From Candidatus Acidiferrales bacterium (GTDB taxonomy: Bacteria; Vulcanimicrobiota; Vulcanimicrobiia; Eremiobacterales; Eremiobacteraceae): a stretch of 62,226 nt of DNA. The notes under the pieces were generated by a model that was given only the letters and a program-made list of their open reading frames with translations, made no database searches and was not told where the DNA came from. Where the stretch lies: NCBI GenBank assembly GCA_035622315.1, contig DASPVP010000084.1:1-62226 (forward strand). Reading direction: 5' to 3'. Shown here in pieces: positions 30,709 to 40,025 of the stretch (position 1 is the stretch's first letter; each line of letters opens with the position of its first letter). Made by a program: the position numbers and the translations under genes.

Positions 30709-31716
30709 GTGGTAGCGCTCACCACGCGCAGACTGCACTTGCACCTGCGACACACGTTCACCATCAGCCGCGGCTCTGAGGACGTGGCGGAAACAGTCGT
30801 GCTGCAGCTCTTGGCTGATGGGACCGAAGCGCTGGGAGAGTCGGCTCCCGTGTCGCGCTACGGCGAAAGCCCTGACCTCGTGAGCGCTGCGCTCGAGCGC
30901 CTAGCGCTTCGCGACGACGACCTGTGGCATTTCGATGATGCGCTCGCGCTCCTCGGTGACGCGATGGGAGCGCGCTGCGCGCTTGACCTGGCGTTGCACG
31001 ACCTCGCGGGAAAGCGGCTCGGAATACCAGTCTACCAGCTCTACGAGTTGGACCCTGAAAAGGCGTTGACCACATCGTTCACGATCGGGATCGCCGACGT
31101 CGCGACCACGCTCGCCAAAGTCCATGAGGCCCATCACTATCCGATCCTCAAGGTGAAGGTGGGCACCGAAAAAGACATCGAGACGCTGGAAGCGATCCGT
31201 TCGGCCTACCGAGGCACGATCCGCGTGGACGCAAACGAGGCCTGGTCCCCGGATGAAGCCGTTCGCAAGTTGCGCGAACTCGAACGCTTCGACGTCGAGT
31301 TCTGTGAACAGCCCATCGAAGCGGGGCATCCCGAGCAGCTCCGCTTCGTCAAGGAACGCAGTAAGATCCCGATCCTCGTGGACGAGGACAGCGTCACTTC
31401 TGCGGACCTTCCGCGCCTCTACGGCTGTGTGGACGGCATCAACATCAAACTCGTCAAGTGCGGCGGTCTGCGCGAGGCGCTCCGGATGATCCACACCGCG
31501 CGAGCGATGCGTTTGAAGATCATGCTCGGTTGCATGATCGAATCGTCGATCTTGGCCACAGCCGCCGCGCATCTCACGCCCCTGTGCGACTTCGCCGATC
31601 TCGACGGACCGCTGCTCGTCACGGACGATCCCTATGTGGGCGTGCGTTATGACGGCGCGCGCATGCGCCTGCCGGACGCGCCCGGCCTGGGGGTGGCCTT
31701 GCGCCGCCCGACGTAG
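30709..31716 (+). CDS. enolase-superfamily dipeptide epimerase / N-acyl-amino-acid racemase (DgcA-like)
   Basis: GTG start; catalytic pattern ILKVKVG (KxK), RVDANEAW, FCEQP, LVDED, NIKLVKCGG. Confidence 0.85.
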   Translation: MVALTTRRLHLHLRHTFTISRGSEDVAETVVLQLLADGTEALGESAPVSRYGESPDLVSAALERLALRDDDLWHFDDALALLGDAMGARCALDLALHDLAGKRLGIPVYQLYELDPEKALTTSFTIGIADVATTLAKVHEAHHYPILKVKVGTEKDIETLEAIRSAYRGTIRVDANEAWSPDEAVRKLRELERFDVEFCEQPIEAGHPEQLRFVKERSKIPILVDEDSVTSADLPRLYGCVDGINIKLVKCGGLREALRMIHTARAMRLKIMLGCMIESSILATAAAHLTPLCDFADLDGPLLVTDDPYVGVRYDGARMRLPDAPGLGVALRRPT

Positions 31717-31726
31717 GTAGGCGAGG

Positions 31727-32818
31727 ATGACTCCTCCGGCTCGTCGCCGCTACGTCGCGCTCACCGAAGGCTTTCTCACCGATCCGCATCACGCGAAGAC
31801 CGCGCACGGCGTGCTGCGCTACAGCGCTGACCCCGTCGTCGCGATCGTCGACGGGGCATACGCTCAAAGAAACCTGCGCGACGTTCTCCCGGAGATGGAC
31901 AAAGACGTGCCAATCGTGGCGACCGTGCAAGAAGCGCTCGGCTACGAAGCCACGTCGCTGCTCGTCGGCGTGGCGGTTTCGGGGGGCGCCCTCCCGCTGC
32001 AGTTCCGCGCGCACTTGGAAGCCGCGATCGATGCTGGGCTCGAAATCGTCAACGGCCTGCACCAATTCGTCAGCGAGGATCCGGATCTGGTCGCGCGCGC
32101 GAGAGCGAGCGGAGCTCGTCTCTGGGACGTCCGCAAGGCAGGCGACATCCCGCTCTTCTCGGGCGACGCGTACGGAGTGCCGCAGGTCGTAGTGCTCGCG
32201 GTGGGCAGCGATTGTGCGGTCGGAAAGATGTCGGTCATGCTCGAGCTCGCCGCCGCTGCGCGCGCGTGCGGCGATCAAGCTGAATTCGTCGCGACCGGCC
32301 AGACCGGCATCATGATCGCGGGCAAGGGCATCGCGGTGGATCGCGTCATATCGGACTTCATCTCGGGCGCCGCCGAGCAACTCGTCCTCCAAGTCGCGAA
32401 GACGACCGAGTTCACGCTCGTCGAAGGGCAAGGCAGCATCCTCAACCCGGCTTTCTCCGCGGTCACGTACGGGCTCATGTTCGGCAGCGCGCCCGACCTT
32501 CTGGTGCTGTGTCACGAGGCTGGTCGCGATTCCATCGAGGATTTCGACGTGCCGGTCCCACCGCTCGGACAGCTTGCACGCCTCTACGAAGCTGCGCTCG
32601 CACCGCTGAAGCCCGCCCCGTGCGTCGCTGTGGCGCTGAACACGCGCGCGCTCGACGCTAGCGGAGCGAAGGACTATATCAATCGCACCCAGGCACAGAC
32701 CGGATTGCCGACGGATGATGTGGTCCGCTTCGGCGGTGAAAGGCTTTGGCGCGCGCTCCGCTCGGCCGCCGAGACGACGCCGAAATGGGCCAGCCGGCAC
32801 CAGGCAGCGCGACGCTGA
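31727..32818 (+). CDS. DUF1611-family protein (DgcN-like putative N-acetyltransferase)
   Basis: 363 aa; VLAVGSDCAVGKMS P-loop-like and LVEGQGSILNPA motifs, as I recall for DUF1611. Confidence 0.75.
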   Translation: MTPPARRRYVALTEGFLTDPHHAKTAHGVLRYSADPVVAIVDGAYAQRNLRDVLPEMDKDVPIVATVQEALGYEATSLLVGVAVSGGALPLQFRAHLEAAIDAGLEIVNGLHQFVSEDPDLVARARASGARLWDVRKAGDIPLFSGDAYGVPQVVVLAVGSDCAVGKMSVMLELAAAARACGDQAEFVATGQTGIMIAGKGIAVDRVISDFISGAAEQLVLQVAKTTEFTLVEGQGSILNPAFSAVTYGLMFGSAPDLLVLCHEAGRDSIEDFDVPVPPLGQLARLYEAALAPLKPAPCVAVALNTRALDASGAKDYINRTQAQTGLPTDDVVRFGGERLWRALRSAAETTPKWASRHQAARR

Positions 32819-34431
32819 CCGCGCGCGTCATTCGCCTATCCGCGCTCGCCACGTTGGTCGCGATCACAGCAGCGTGCTCGAAACTATCTCAATCCGAGCA
32901 TGCGGCGAAGCGCTGGACGATCCCAGGGGTGGTCCGAACGGCGGTCACGGAAGAGCCGAACACCCTTGTCCGCATGTTCTCGAACCAATCTTCGGCGGAC
33001 GACGTGACGGCCTTGCTCTTCGAACCCTTCTTCCGCTACGACGAGCGCGAGCGGCCTGTGCCCGCCCTTGCGACGACGTTTCCAAGCCTTGCGAACGGAC
33101 TGATCAGCAGGGACGGATTGCGCGTGACATTCCCGCTGCGGGCCGGCGTGCGGTGGTCCGACGGCGCTCCCGTCACGTCGGCCGACGTCATCTTCACCTG
33201 GCACGCCATCGTCGACGGCAACAATCCGGTCGTGTACACCGCGGGCTACGACCAGATCAAGACGATCGTCGCCGATGGGCCGCACCGCGTCACCTTCGTT
33301 ATGAAACGGCGCTTCAGCCCGGTCGTCTACCTTTTTTCGGAGGGCACATTCACGCCGTTACCGGCGCACCTGTTGCACGCGTACTCCTCGATCAACGACA
33401 TCGCGTACGACGCCGATCCGGTCGGTGATGGTCCCTTCGTGCTCGCGCAGTGGCTGCACGGCTCCCGGCTGGTCTTCACGCCGAACCCGCTCTATTGGCG
33501 GGGCCGTGCGCACGTGCGCGAGATCGACATGGAGGTGATCCCAGATCCTACCACCCAACTCGCGGAATTGCGCACCCATGAGATCGATCTCGTCGACGGC
33601 GTGATGAAGAATCTCGTGCCGCAGCTACGCGGCATCCCCGGCATCTGGATGAAAACCCAACTGCAAGCGGATTATCGCCATCTCGATTTCAACCTGCGCA
33701 GCCCGGTCTTGCGCGACGCCGATGTGCGACGTGCCATCGCCCGCGCGGTCGACGTCCCCAAGATCATCGCAGACGTGTATGGCGGGCTCGGTGTGCAAGC
33801 AGCAACGGACATCCCGCCCTTCTCGTGGGCGGCGAACGACCTGCGTCCGATCGGGTACGACCCCGCAGCCGCCCGCCGGCTGCTCGCAGCAGCTGGTTGG
33901 ACGCGCGGTCCCGACGGCATGTTAGCCAAGGACGGGCAACGCCTTGCGCTGTCCATCTCCTCCACCACTGACAACCGGCCTAACGCGGACGCCGAACAGC
34001 TCGTGGCGAGCGAGTTGCATGACGTCGGTGTCGACGTCACCGTGAAGAACTACGCGGGCGGCGTGCTTTTCTCAGAGCAAGGCCCCTTGTATCGGGGCAC
34101 CTACGACATGGCGTGGATCGTCAATACCGAAGGCGTCGATCCGGACAATCTCGCGATCTGGGGCTGCGACTGGTTCCCGCCGCACGGCGCGAACACGAAC
34201 TTCTATTGCAACCGTAGCGTCGACGCGTACTTGAGCGATGCGCAGACCACATACGATCCGGCCCGCCGCAAGCGCGACTACGCGGCCGCGTGGCGGATCA
34301 TGCTGGATGAGGTTCCTGCCCTCATGATCTATTGGGACCGCATCGTCGTCGCCGGAAACGCCGATCTGCATCACGTCCGGCCATCGCCGGTCATTACCGA
34401 TTATTGGAACGCATGGGAGTGGGAAATCTGA
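32785..34431 (+). CDS. ABC transporter substrate-binding lipoprotein, family 5 (peptide/nickel type)
   Basis: Start moved to ATG 32785; lipobox LVAITAAC|SK; DppA/OppA-like body (FTWHAIVDGNNP, GDGPFVL, LYWRG). No permease or ATPase genes adjacent. Confidence 0.85.
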   Translation: MGQPAPGSATLTARVIRLSALATLVAITAACSKLSQSEHAAKRWTIPGVVRTAVTEEPNTLVRMFSNQSSADDVTALLFEPFFRYDERERPVPALATTFPSLANGLISRDGLRVTFPLRAGVRWSDGAPVTSADVIFTWHAIVDGNNPVVYTAGYDQIKTIVADGPHRVTFVMKRRFSPVVYLFSEGTFTPLPAHLLHAYSSINDIAYDADPVGDGPFVLAQWLHGSRLVFTPNPLYWRGRAHVREIDMEVIPDPTTQLAELRTHEIDLVDGVMKNLVPQLRGIPGIWMKTQLQADYRHLDFNLRSPVLRDADVRRAIARAVDVPKIIADVYGGLGVQAATDIPPFSWAANDLRPIGYDPAAARRLLAAAGWTRGPDGMLAKDGQRLALSISSTTDNRPNADAEQLVASELHDVGVDVTVKNYAGGVLFSEQGPLYRGTYDMAWIVNTEGVDPDNLAIWGCDWFPPHGANTNFYCNRSVDAYLSDAQTTYDPARRKRDYAAAWRIMLDEVPALMIYWDRIVVAGNADLHHVRPSPVITDYWNAWEWEI

Positions 34432-35438
34432 GCGTTGCGCTCTGGTTCGCAGCCGTGACGGTCATCCGTTTTGCCGGCGGGCTCGACCGCGATTACCTCT
34501 CCGACGTGCACGAGGTGCGTGGCGGCTTCACGACGGCCGTCGCGTCGTGGAACGCGATCACGCCGCCAGGCTCCTGGATCGAGACGCAGGTGCGCGCTCG
34601 CGTCGACGATCGGTGGAGCTCGTGGTATTCCATGGGCTCGTGGAGCGCCGATCGGACTCTTGGCCATCGACACTCGACGAGTTCGCCTGCCGATGCAGAC
34701 GGGAGGGTCGACACCGACACGCTCGAGCTCGACAAACCCGCTGAGGCCTGGCAGTTGCGCGTCTTCTTCCATCCGGCAGCAAGTGGAGCGCTGCCGTCGC
34801 TGTCTCTCGTAGCGATGACGACCGGACCGAACGCGCCAGAGGGCAGCAAGGATCCGCGGCTCGGCTGGGGTATGGACCTCGACGTGCCGGAACGCACGCA
34901 GCGCGTGCACGAGTCACCCGATGCGCTTGGTGGCGGCGGCGACGCGTGGTGCAGTCCGACGAGCGTCTCGATGGTCATGGCGTACTGGGCCGCGCGCGAG
35001 CGCAAGCCGCAGTGGGACGTCAGCGTTCCCGTCGCGGCCGGCGGCACCTACGATCCAAAATATCAGGGTTGCGGCAACTGGCCGTTCAACGTCGCTTTCG
35101 CATCCGAGCATGGGCTCGCGGGGTGGGTCGAACGGCTTGGCGGCCTCGACGACATGGCGCGCTACATCGCGGCGGGAGTGCCCCTCGTCGCGAGCATCCG
35201 TGTCGCTCCCGGCGAGTTGAGCGGGTCGCCGTATGAGAAGACCGACGGGCATCTACTCGTCGTGCGAGGCTTCGCTGCCGATGGAGACGTCATCACAAAC
35301 GATCCGTACGCGCTGCCGGGCCACATCCGCATCGTGTATCCGCGCGCACAGTTCGCACATGTGTGGATCGGCGGCTCCGGCGGCATCGTCTACGTCATCG
35401 CGCCGCCTGCGACGCTCGCGCGATTTGGCGGACTTTGA
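34413..35438 (+). CDS. peptidase C39-like family protein with an N-terminal accessory domain
   Basis: Start at ATG 34413 overlapping the SBP stop. Signal anchor, then GGGDAWCSPTSVSMVMAYW (Cys), CGNWPFNVAFA, TDGHLLVVRGF (His), ITNDP. Confidence 0.62.
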   Translation: MGVGNLSVALWFAAVTVIRFAGGLDRDYLSDVHEVRGGFTTAVASWNAITPPGSWIETQVRARVDDRWSSWYSMGSWSADRTLGHRHSTSSPADADGRVDTDTLELDKPAEAWQLRVFFHPAASGALPSLSLVAMTTGPNAPEGSKDPRLGWGMDLDVPERTQRVHESPDALGGGGDAWCSPTSVSMVMAYWAARERKPQWDVSVPVAAGGTYDPKYQGCGNWPFNVAFASEHGLAGWVERLGGLDDMARYIAAGVPLVASIRVAPGELSGSPYEKTDGHLLVVRGFAADGDVITNDPYALPGHIRIVYPRAQFAHVWIGGSGGIVYVIAPPATLARFGGL

Positions 35439-35450
35439 TCGCGAGTCGCG

Positions 35451-36308
35451 TTAACCCAGACCGCGGCGCGCCAGCTCCACGTTGATGATGAGCCCGGGCA
35501 GCGAACGGACGAACGTTCCCGTCACCCGGCGCAAGTCCGCGCGTCTTTGGTCGTCGATCCCGTGCGAGCTCAAGAGGTCCTCGCTCAAGAACAGTCCGTG
35601 CGGCAGGGACCTTGAGGCGTTCAGCGCAGCCGCCCCAATGCCGCGTGTCAAAAGCTCGTAGCCCGGCTCTGCGACTCTCGGCTTGCAATCACGCCACCAC
35701 ACCTCGAGCCAATCCGGATACGATGCCATCGCCTTGTACTCGGTCTCGATGAAGGGGAGCCGCAGGCTCACGCGCATGTCCTCGTAGATGGCGCGCACGC
35801 GCGGCGGCGCTTCGCGCTCTTCGACGAGCGAGAAGCGGACGCCGCGGAACTCGCGCGGCCGCTCTCGCTCCTCCTCGCGGTGAGGACCCGAGGAACCGAC
35901 CCCGCCCACCGACTCGCCGGCGAGCGCTGCTTCGACCGCGCTCGCGAGGATCGCAAGTTTGGGGTTGACCTCGGCGAACAGCTCGATGACCTCGCGCATG
36001 CGGGCGATTTCGGCCTCGCTCACCGCGCGGCCGCGCAGGGACGCGGCGTGATCGCCCACTGCCCAGCTCGCGGTCTGCGTGCGCACCTGCTCGCCGATGC
36101 GGGCGGCGAGGTTCGCAAATTCAATCGTCAGGACGTTCGGCCGCAGGCGCCGCCAGGTCACGTCCAGGAAGCGCGGAACCGCCGCCCACGCTTGGAAGAT
36201 CAGGTTGACGATAGGCACGCGAAGCGAGTTCTTGATGTCACGAAACGCTTCGCGGGCTCGCTCGTCGGTGGCTTCGCTTTCGCGGACGAGCGCGATCGTG
36301 TCGGTCAC
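35451..36308 (-). CDS. DehI-like (halocarboxylic acid dehalogenase DehI family) protein, two internal repeats
   Basis: Track ORF 35451..37019 is Arg-rich junk upstream of 36308. GTG 36308 (VTDTIALV) overlaps the aspS stop as GTGA. Repeats: AFRDIKNSLRVPIVNLIFQAWAAVPRFLDVTW vs IYEDMRVSLRLPFIETEYKAMASYPDWLEVWW. Confidence 0.55.
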   Translation of the reverse strand: MTDTIALVRESEATDERAREAFRDIKNSLRVPIVNLIFQAWAAVPRFLDVTWRRLRPNVLTIEFANLAARIGEQVRTQTASWAVGDHAASLRGRAVSEAEIARMREVIELFAEVNPKLAILASAVEAALAGESVGGVGSSGPHREEERERPREFRGVRFSLVEEREAPPRVRAIYEDMRVSLRLPFIETEYKAMASYPDWLEVWWRDCKPRVAEPGYELLTRGIGAAALNASRSLPHGLFLSEDLLSSHGIDDQRRADLRRVTGTFVRSLPGLIINVELARRGLG

Positions 36309-38080
36309 GGACGTCGCTGCCCCTCGAGGTCGGTGCGCAGATGCAGCTCGCGCAATATCTTCTGCTCGAGCGGCGTCGGCGCGTCGATCATCAGGTCCTG
36401 GAAGCGCTGGTTCTTCGGAAAGGCGATCGTCTCGCGGATGGACTGGCCGCCCACCATCAAGAGGACGATGCGGTCGACCCCGAGGGCGATCCCGCCGTGC
36501 GGGGGCGCGCCGTATTCGAAGGCCTCGAGCAAGAACCCGAAACGCTGTAATACTTGCTCCGGCGTGTAGCCGAGCAGAGCGAAGATCTTGCGCTGCATCG
36601 CGGGATCGTGGATGCGGATGGATCCCGAGCCGAGCTCCATGCCGTTCAAGACGAGGTCGTAGTGCTGCGCGCGCAATGCGAGCGGATCGCCCGCGAGCGC
36701 TTCGCTGCCGGGCGCAGGCGACGTGAAGGGGTGGTGCGCCGGCTGCAGTCCACCCGTCTCTTCGTCGCGCTCGAAGAGCGGAAAGTCCAGAACCCAGCAA
36801 AAGGCGAAGCGTTTGGGGTCGCGCAGTCCGCGCTCCTCCGCGACGTGCAGGCGCAGCTTGCCTGCGATCGCTTGTACCGCTGCTGGCGCGTCCGCGATCA
36901 TGTAGATCGCGTCGCCCTCTCGGAGGCCGGCGGTCTGCTCGAGCGCGTTCAACAGCGCATCGGTCAGCGCGACTTTGGGCATGGACGACTTGACGCCGTC
37001 CGCGCCGCGCGCGAGCCACACGAGTCCTTTCGCGCCTAACTCCCCCGCAGCGGCCGCGAGCGCATCGAACTCGCGGCGCGACCGGCTTGCCCCGCCTTCC
37101 TCGACGAACCCGACGATCGCGCCACCCGACGACAACGACTGAGCGAACACCTTGAATTCCGTGCCCGCGAAGGCAGCACCCAGATCGTGCAACTGCATGC
37201 CGAAGCGCAGATCCGGTTTGTCCGATCCGTATCCGGCGAGCGCTTGCGCGTGCGTGAGGCGTGGGAAAGGCGTCTCGACCTTCACGTCAAGCGCCTGGCG
37301 GAACATGTTGGCGAGCATGCCTTCCACGACCGCGATGACGTCTTCTTGCGTGGGGAACGCCATCTCGAGGTCGATCTGGGTGAACTCGGGTTGCCGATCG
37401 GCCCTGGTGTCTTCGTCGCGAAAGCAGCGCGCGATCTGGAAGTAGCGCTGGAATCCGGCTACCATTAACAGTTGCTTGAAGAGCTGTGGTGACTGCGGCA
37501 AGGCGTAGAACGCACCAGGGTGGAGCCGGCTCGGCACCACGAAATCGCGCGCGCCCTCCGGCGTCTGCTTGATGAGCATAGGCGTCTCGATCTCGAAGAA
37601 CCCCTGCGCGTCCAGATAGTCGCGCACGGCTTTGATGGCGCGGTGCCGCAGGGATATGTTGCGCTGAAGCTGCGGACGGCGCAGATCGAGATACCGGAAA
37701 CGCAAGCGCAGACTCTCGTCCACGTCGCCCTCGGCGTGGATGGGGAAGGGCGGCGTCTTTGACCGATTGAGCACGGCGAGCGACTCGACGGCGACCTCGA
37801 TCGCTCCCGTCTCGAGTTTCTCGTTCTCAGTGCCGGGTGGCCGCGGGCGCACGAGCCCTCGCACCCGGATGACGTCCTCCGGCCGCAGCGAGGATGCTTC
37901 GGGCAGCGCGCGCGGGTCCAAGACGAGTTGTGTGATGCCGAACCGATCGCGCAGGTCGATGAAGATCAAACCGCCATGGTCGCGGCTGCTATTCACCCAG
38001 CCGGCGAGTTCGACGGGATCCTGGCTCTGCGCGGCCCGCAGTTCGCCGCAGGTCACGCGGCGGGATGCGCTGTCGCTCAC
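36305..38080 (-). CDS. aspS: aspartate--tRNA ligase
   Basis: GTG start (VSDSASRRVTCGEL); GWVNSSRDHGGLIFIDLRD, FRDEDTRADRQPEFTQID, 591 aa. Confidence 0.97.
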   Translation of the reverse strand: MSDSASRRVTCGELRAAQSQDPVELAGWVNSSRDHGGLIFIDLRDRFGITQLVLDPRALPEASSLRPEDVIRVRGLVRPRPPGTENEKLETGAIEVAVESLAVLNRSKTPPFPIHAEGDVDESLRLRFRYLDLRRPQLQRNISLRHRAIKAVRDYLDAQGFFEIETPMLIKQTPEGARDFVVPSRLHPGAFYALPQSPQLFKQLLMVAGFQRYFQIARCFRDEDTRADRQPEFTQIDLEMAFPTQEDVIAVVEGMLANMFRQALDVKVETPFPRLTHAQALAGYGSDKPDLRFGMQLHDLGAAFAGTEFKVFAQSLSSGGAIVGFVEEGGASRSRREFDALAAAAGELGAKGLVWLARGADGVKSSMPKVALTDALLNALEQTAGLREGDAIYMIADAPAAVQAIAGKLRLHVAEERGLRDPKRFAFCWVLDFPLFERDEETGGLQPAHHPFTSPAPGSEALAGDPLALRAQHYDLVLNGMELGSGSIRIHDPAMQRKIFALLGYTPEQVLQRFGFLLEAFEYGAPPHGGIALGVDRIVLLMVGGQSIRETIAFPKNQRFQDLMIDAPTPLEQKILRELHLRTDLEGQRRP

Positions 38081-39018
38081 GAAGGCTGGGCGCCTTCCCG
38101 CAGCGCTCGCTTTATGCCGCTCACGTAGTGGTACTGATAGGCGATTTGCCTGGCGATGTATGGCCAGGTGTTCTTGCGAGGCGCCTCCTCTCGCGCACCG
38201 GCACGCTCGAGCGCGCGACGCAGCCCCGGGGCGGCACCCAAGGCCGAATGCAACCAGAGTGAGATGGGCGTCATGCCGAGATTCGCCTTCACTGAAAAGT
38301 CACGGTGCTTGTTATAGAAGCGCACCGTGGAAACCCCGGCGAGCTCCATGCGGCCGACCTGCTCTGCAAATCCGACCGGATGCCAATGGTAGTTGATGGC
38401 CTCGGGGTCGTAGAGGATCTGCACGCTACTGCGCGCCAGCCGGTAGCCCAGTTCCAAGTCCTCGTGGCCGTATCCCGTGAACGCCTCGTCAAAACCCCCG
38501 ACCGCGAGCAGGTCATCGCGGCGCACCGACGCGTTGCCCGTCAAGAAGTAGAGCCAGGAGAGCGTGCGGCGCGTCCTGGGATGCAGCGGTTTGCGCCGGC
38601 TCGGATCGTCGCGCTGCGCTCGATAGTCTTGCAGCGAGCGGACTTGCAACTCGCACCCGACGAGCGCCACACGTCGCGCCCCCGCGTGCGCGTGCGCGTG
38701 CCGCTCCAAGAGCGTGGGCGACGCCAAGATGTCGGCATCGGTGAACAGCACGACGGGCGCCCGCGCCTGCGCGATGCCAGCGTTGCGCGCAGCCGCCCTT
38801 CCTCCATAGTGACCTTGCAGATGACGCACGCGTTGACCGACGTTCTCGATCACCGACGCAAGGTATTGTGCGGTCCCGTCCGCGCTCATCGAATCCGCGA
38901 TGATGATCTCGTATGCGTCTGGGGCGAGCGTTTGCTCGAGCAACGTGGGCAGCACGACCTCGAGCGTCGGCTTGCGGTTGTAGGTGGGGACGACCACCGA
39001 AAGCGTCGGCGCACTCAC
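38077..39018 (-). CDS. family-2 glycosyltransferase (paralogue A)
   Basis: GTG start, GTGA overlap. LSVVVPTYNR, DADIL, GGFDEAFTGYGHEDLELGYRL. Confidence 0.85.
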   Translation of the reverse strand: MSAPTLSVVVPTYNRKPTLEVVLPTLLEQTLAPDAYEIIIADSMSADGTAQYLASVIENVGQRVRHLQGHYGGRAAARNAGIAQARAPVVLFTDADILASPTLLERHAHAHAGARRVALVGCELQVRSLQDYRAQRDDPSRRKPLHPRTRRTLSWLYFLTGNASVRRDDLLAVGGFDEAFTGYGHEDLELGYRLARSSVQILYDPEAINYHWHPVGFAEQVGRMELAGVSTVRFYNKHRDFSVKANLGMTPISLWLHSALGAAPGLRRALERAGAREEAPRKNTWPYIARQIAYQYHYVSGIKRALREGAQPS

Positions 39019-40025
39019 AGCGCTTGGACCGCATCTCCGATGTCCTCGATGAGCGGATCGGCATCAGCACCGCGCGGCGGCTTCACGAAGACGGCGCTCG
39101 GTACGCGCCAGGGTCCCCACTCTTGGGAGCACAGCCGGAAATATTCGCGTTCGAAGATGACGACCACCGGCCGGCCGAGGGCAGCGGCCACGTGAGTGGC
39201 ACCCGTGTCGACGGTGACCACGGTCGCGGATTGCTTGAGGACGGCGGCCCAGCGCAGCAGCGGCAGGTCGCCGAACCAGGTCACGTTCTTGTGCGGCATG
39301 GTCCGCGAGATGTTCTCGGCGAGCGTACGCGTGTCCGGCCCGTAGGTCACCACCACGTCGGCCTGCTCCTGCGCAAGGCGCGTGATGAGCTTGCGCACCG
39401 CGTCCACGCCGAAATTCGGCATGAACCAGCGAGGCGCGAGCGCGACAACGGTCCCACCAGCAGGCGCGTTCTGTTCGGCCCACGCGACGTCGTCGTCGCC
39501 CAGGCGCAAGGTCAGCTCCTCGGTGAGGTGTTCGCCTCCGGCGAGACGTACGAGAGCCAGCACTTGGCGTACTTCATGCATCACCGGCCGGTCGGGAACG
39601 CGATCCGCGATCTCTGGGTCCGCTTCGGAGAGACAGAAGTCCGTCAAGCATATCCGGGCCAAAATACGGCTGAGGTAGCGCCGCCGATAGACGTACCCGA
39701 TGCGAGAGGGCGCACCCGAGATGCCGGTGAGAAATATGTCGTCCGTACGCGGCGCGAGCCCCACCGCGAGCACAGCGTCGCGCCCTAGCTTCGCCACGTT
39801 CGCGATGGCGCGGGTCGGCCGGGCGTGCGGCAGCAGCACGATCTCGTCGACGTCGGGATTGTGCCGCAGGATCGGCTCGGTGTAGCCCGTGATCACCGCG
39901 GTGATGCGCGCCGCGGGCCAAGACCGGCGAAACGAGGTGATCGCAGGCGTGGACAGGACGAGATCGCCGACGCGATCCGTCCGGATGAGCAAGATGCTGT
40001 CGCGGGGCGCGCCGTTGCGGGTCAT
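39015..40025 (-). CDS. family-9 glycosyltransferase (heptosyltransferase-like) 1
   Basis: Trimmed to ATG 40025 (MTRNG). ILLIRTDRVGDLVLSTPA and TVDTGATHVAAALGRPVVVIF. Confidence 0.8.
   Translation of the reverse strand: MTRNGAPRDSILLIRTDRVGDLVLSTPAITSFRRSWPAARITAVITGYTEPILRHNPDVDEIVLLPHARPTRAIANVAKLGRDAVLAVGLAPRTDDIFLTGISGAPSRIGYVYRRRYLSRILARICLTDFCLSEADPEIADRVPDRPVMHEVRQVLALVRLAGGEHLTEELTLRLGDDDVAWAEQNAPAGGTVVALAPRWFMPNFGVDAVRKLITRLAQEQADVVVTYGPDTRTLAENISRTMPHKNVTWFGDLPLLRWAAVLKQSATVVTVDTGATHVAAALGRPVVVIFEREYFRLCSQEWGPWRVPSAVFVKPPRGADADPLIEDIGDAVQAL

Noticed and set aside
35451-37019. N-terminal extensions of track ORFs: 35451..37019, 46637..47662, 56849..58525, 19659..20555, 52600..56382, 3793..4425, 28068..28724, 5217..6767.
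   Set aside because: The extensions overlap the upstream gene in another frame and are low-complexity. Conserved N-termini and overlapping start/stop signals support the shorter coordinates given in the features.
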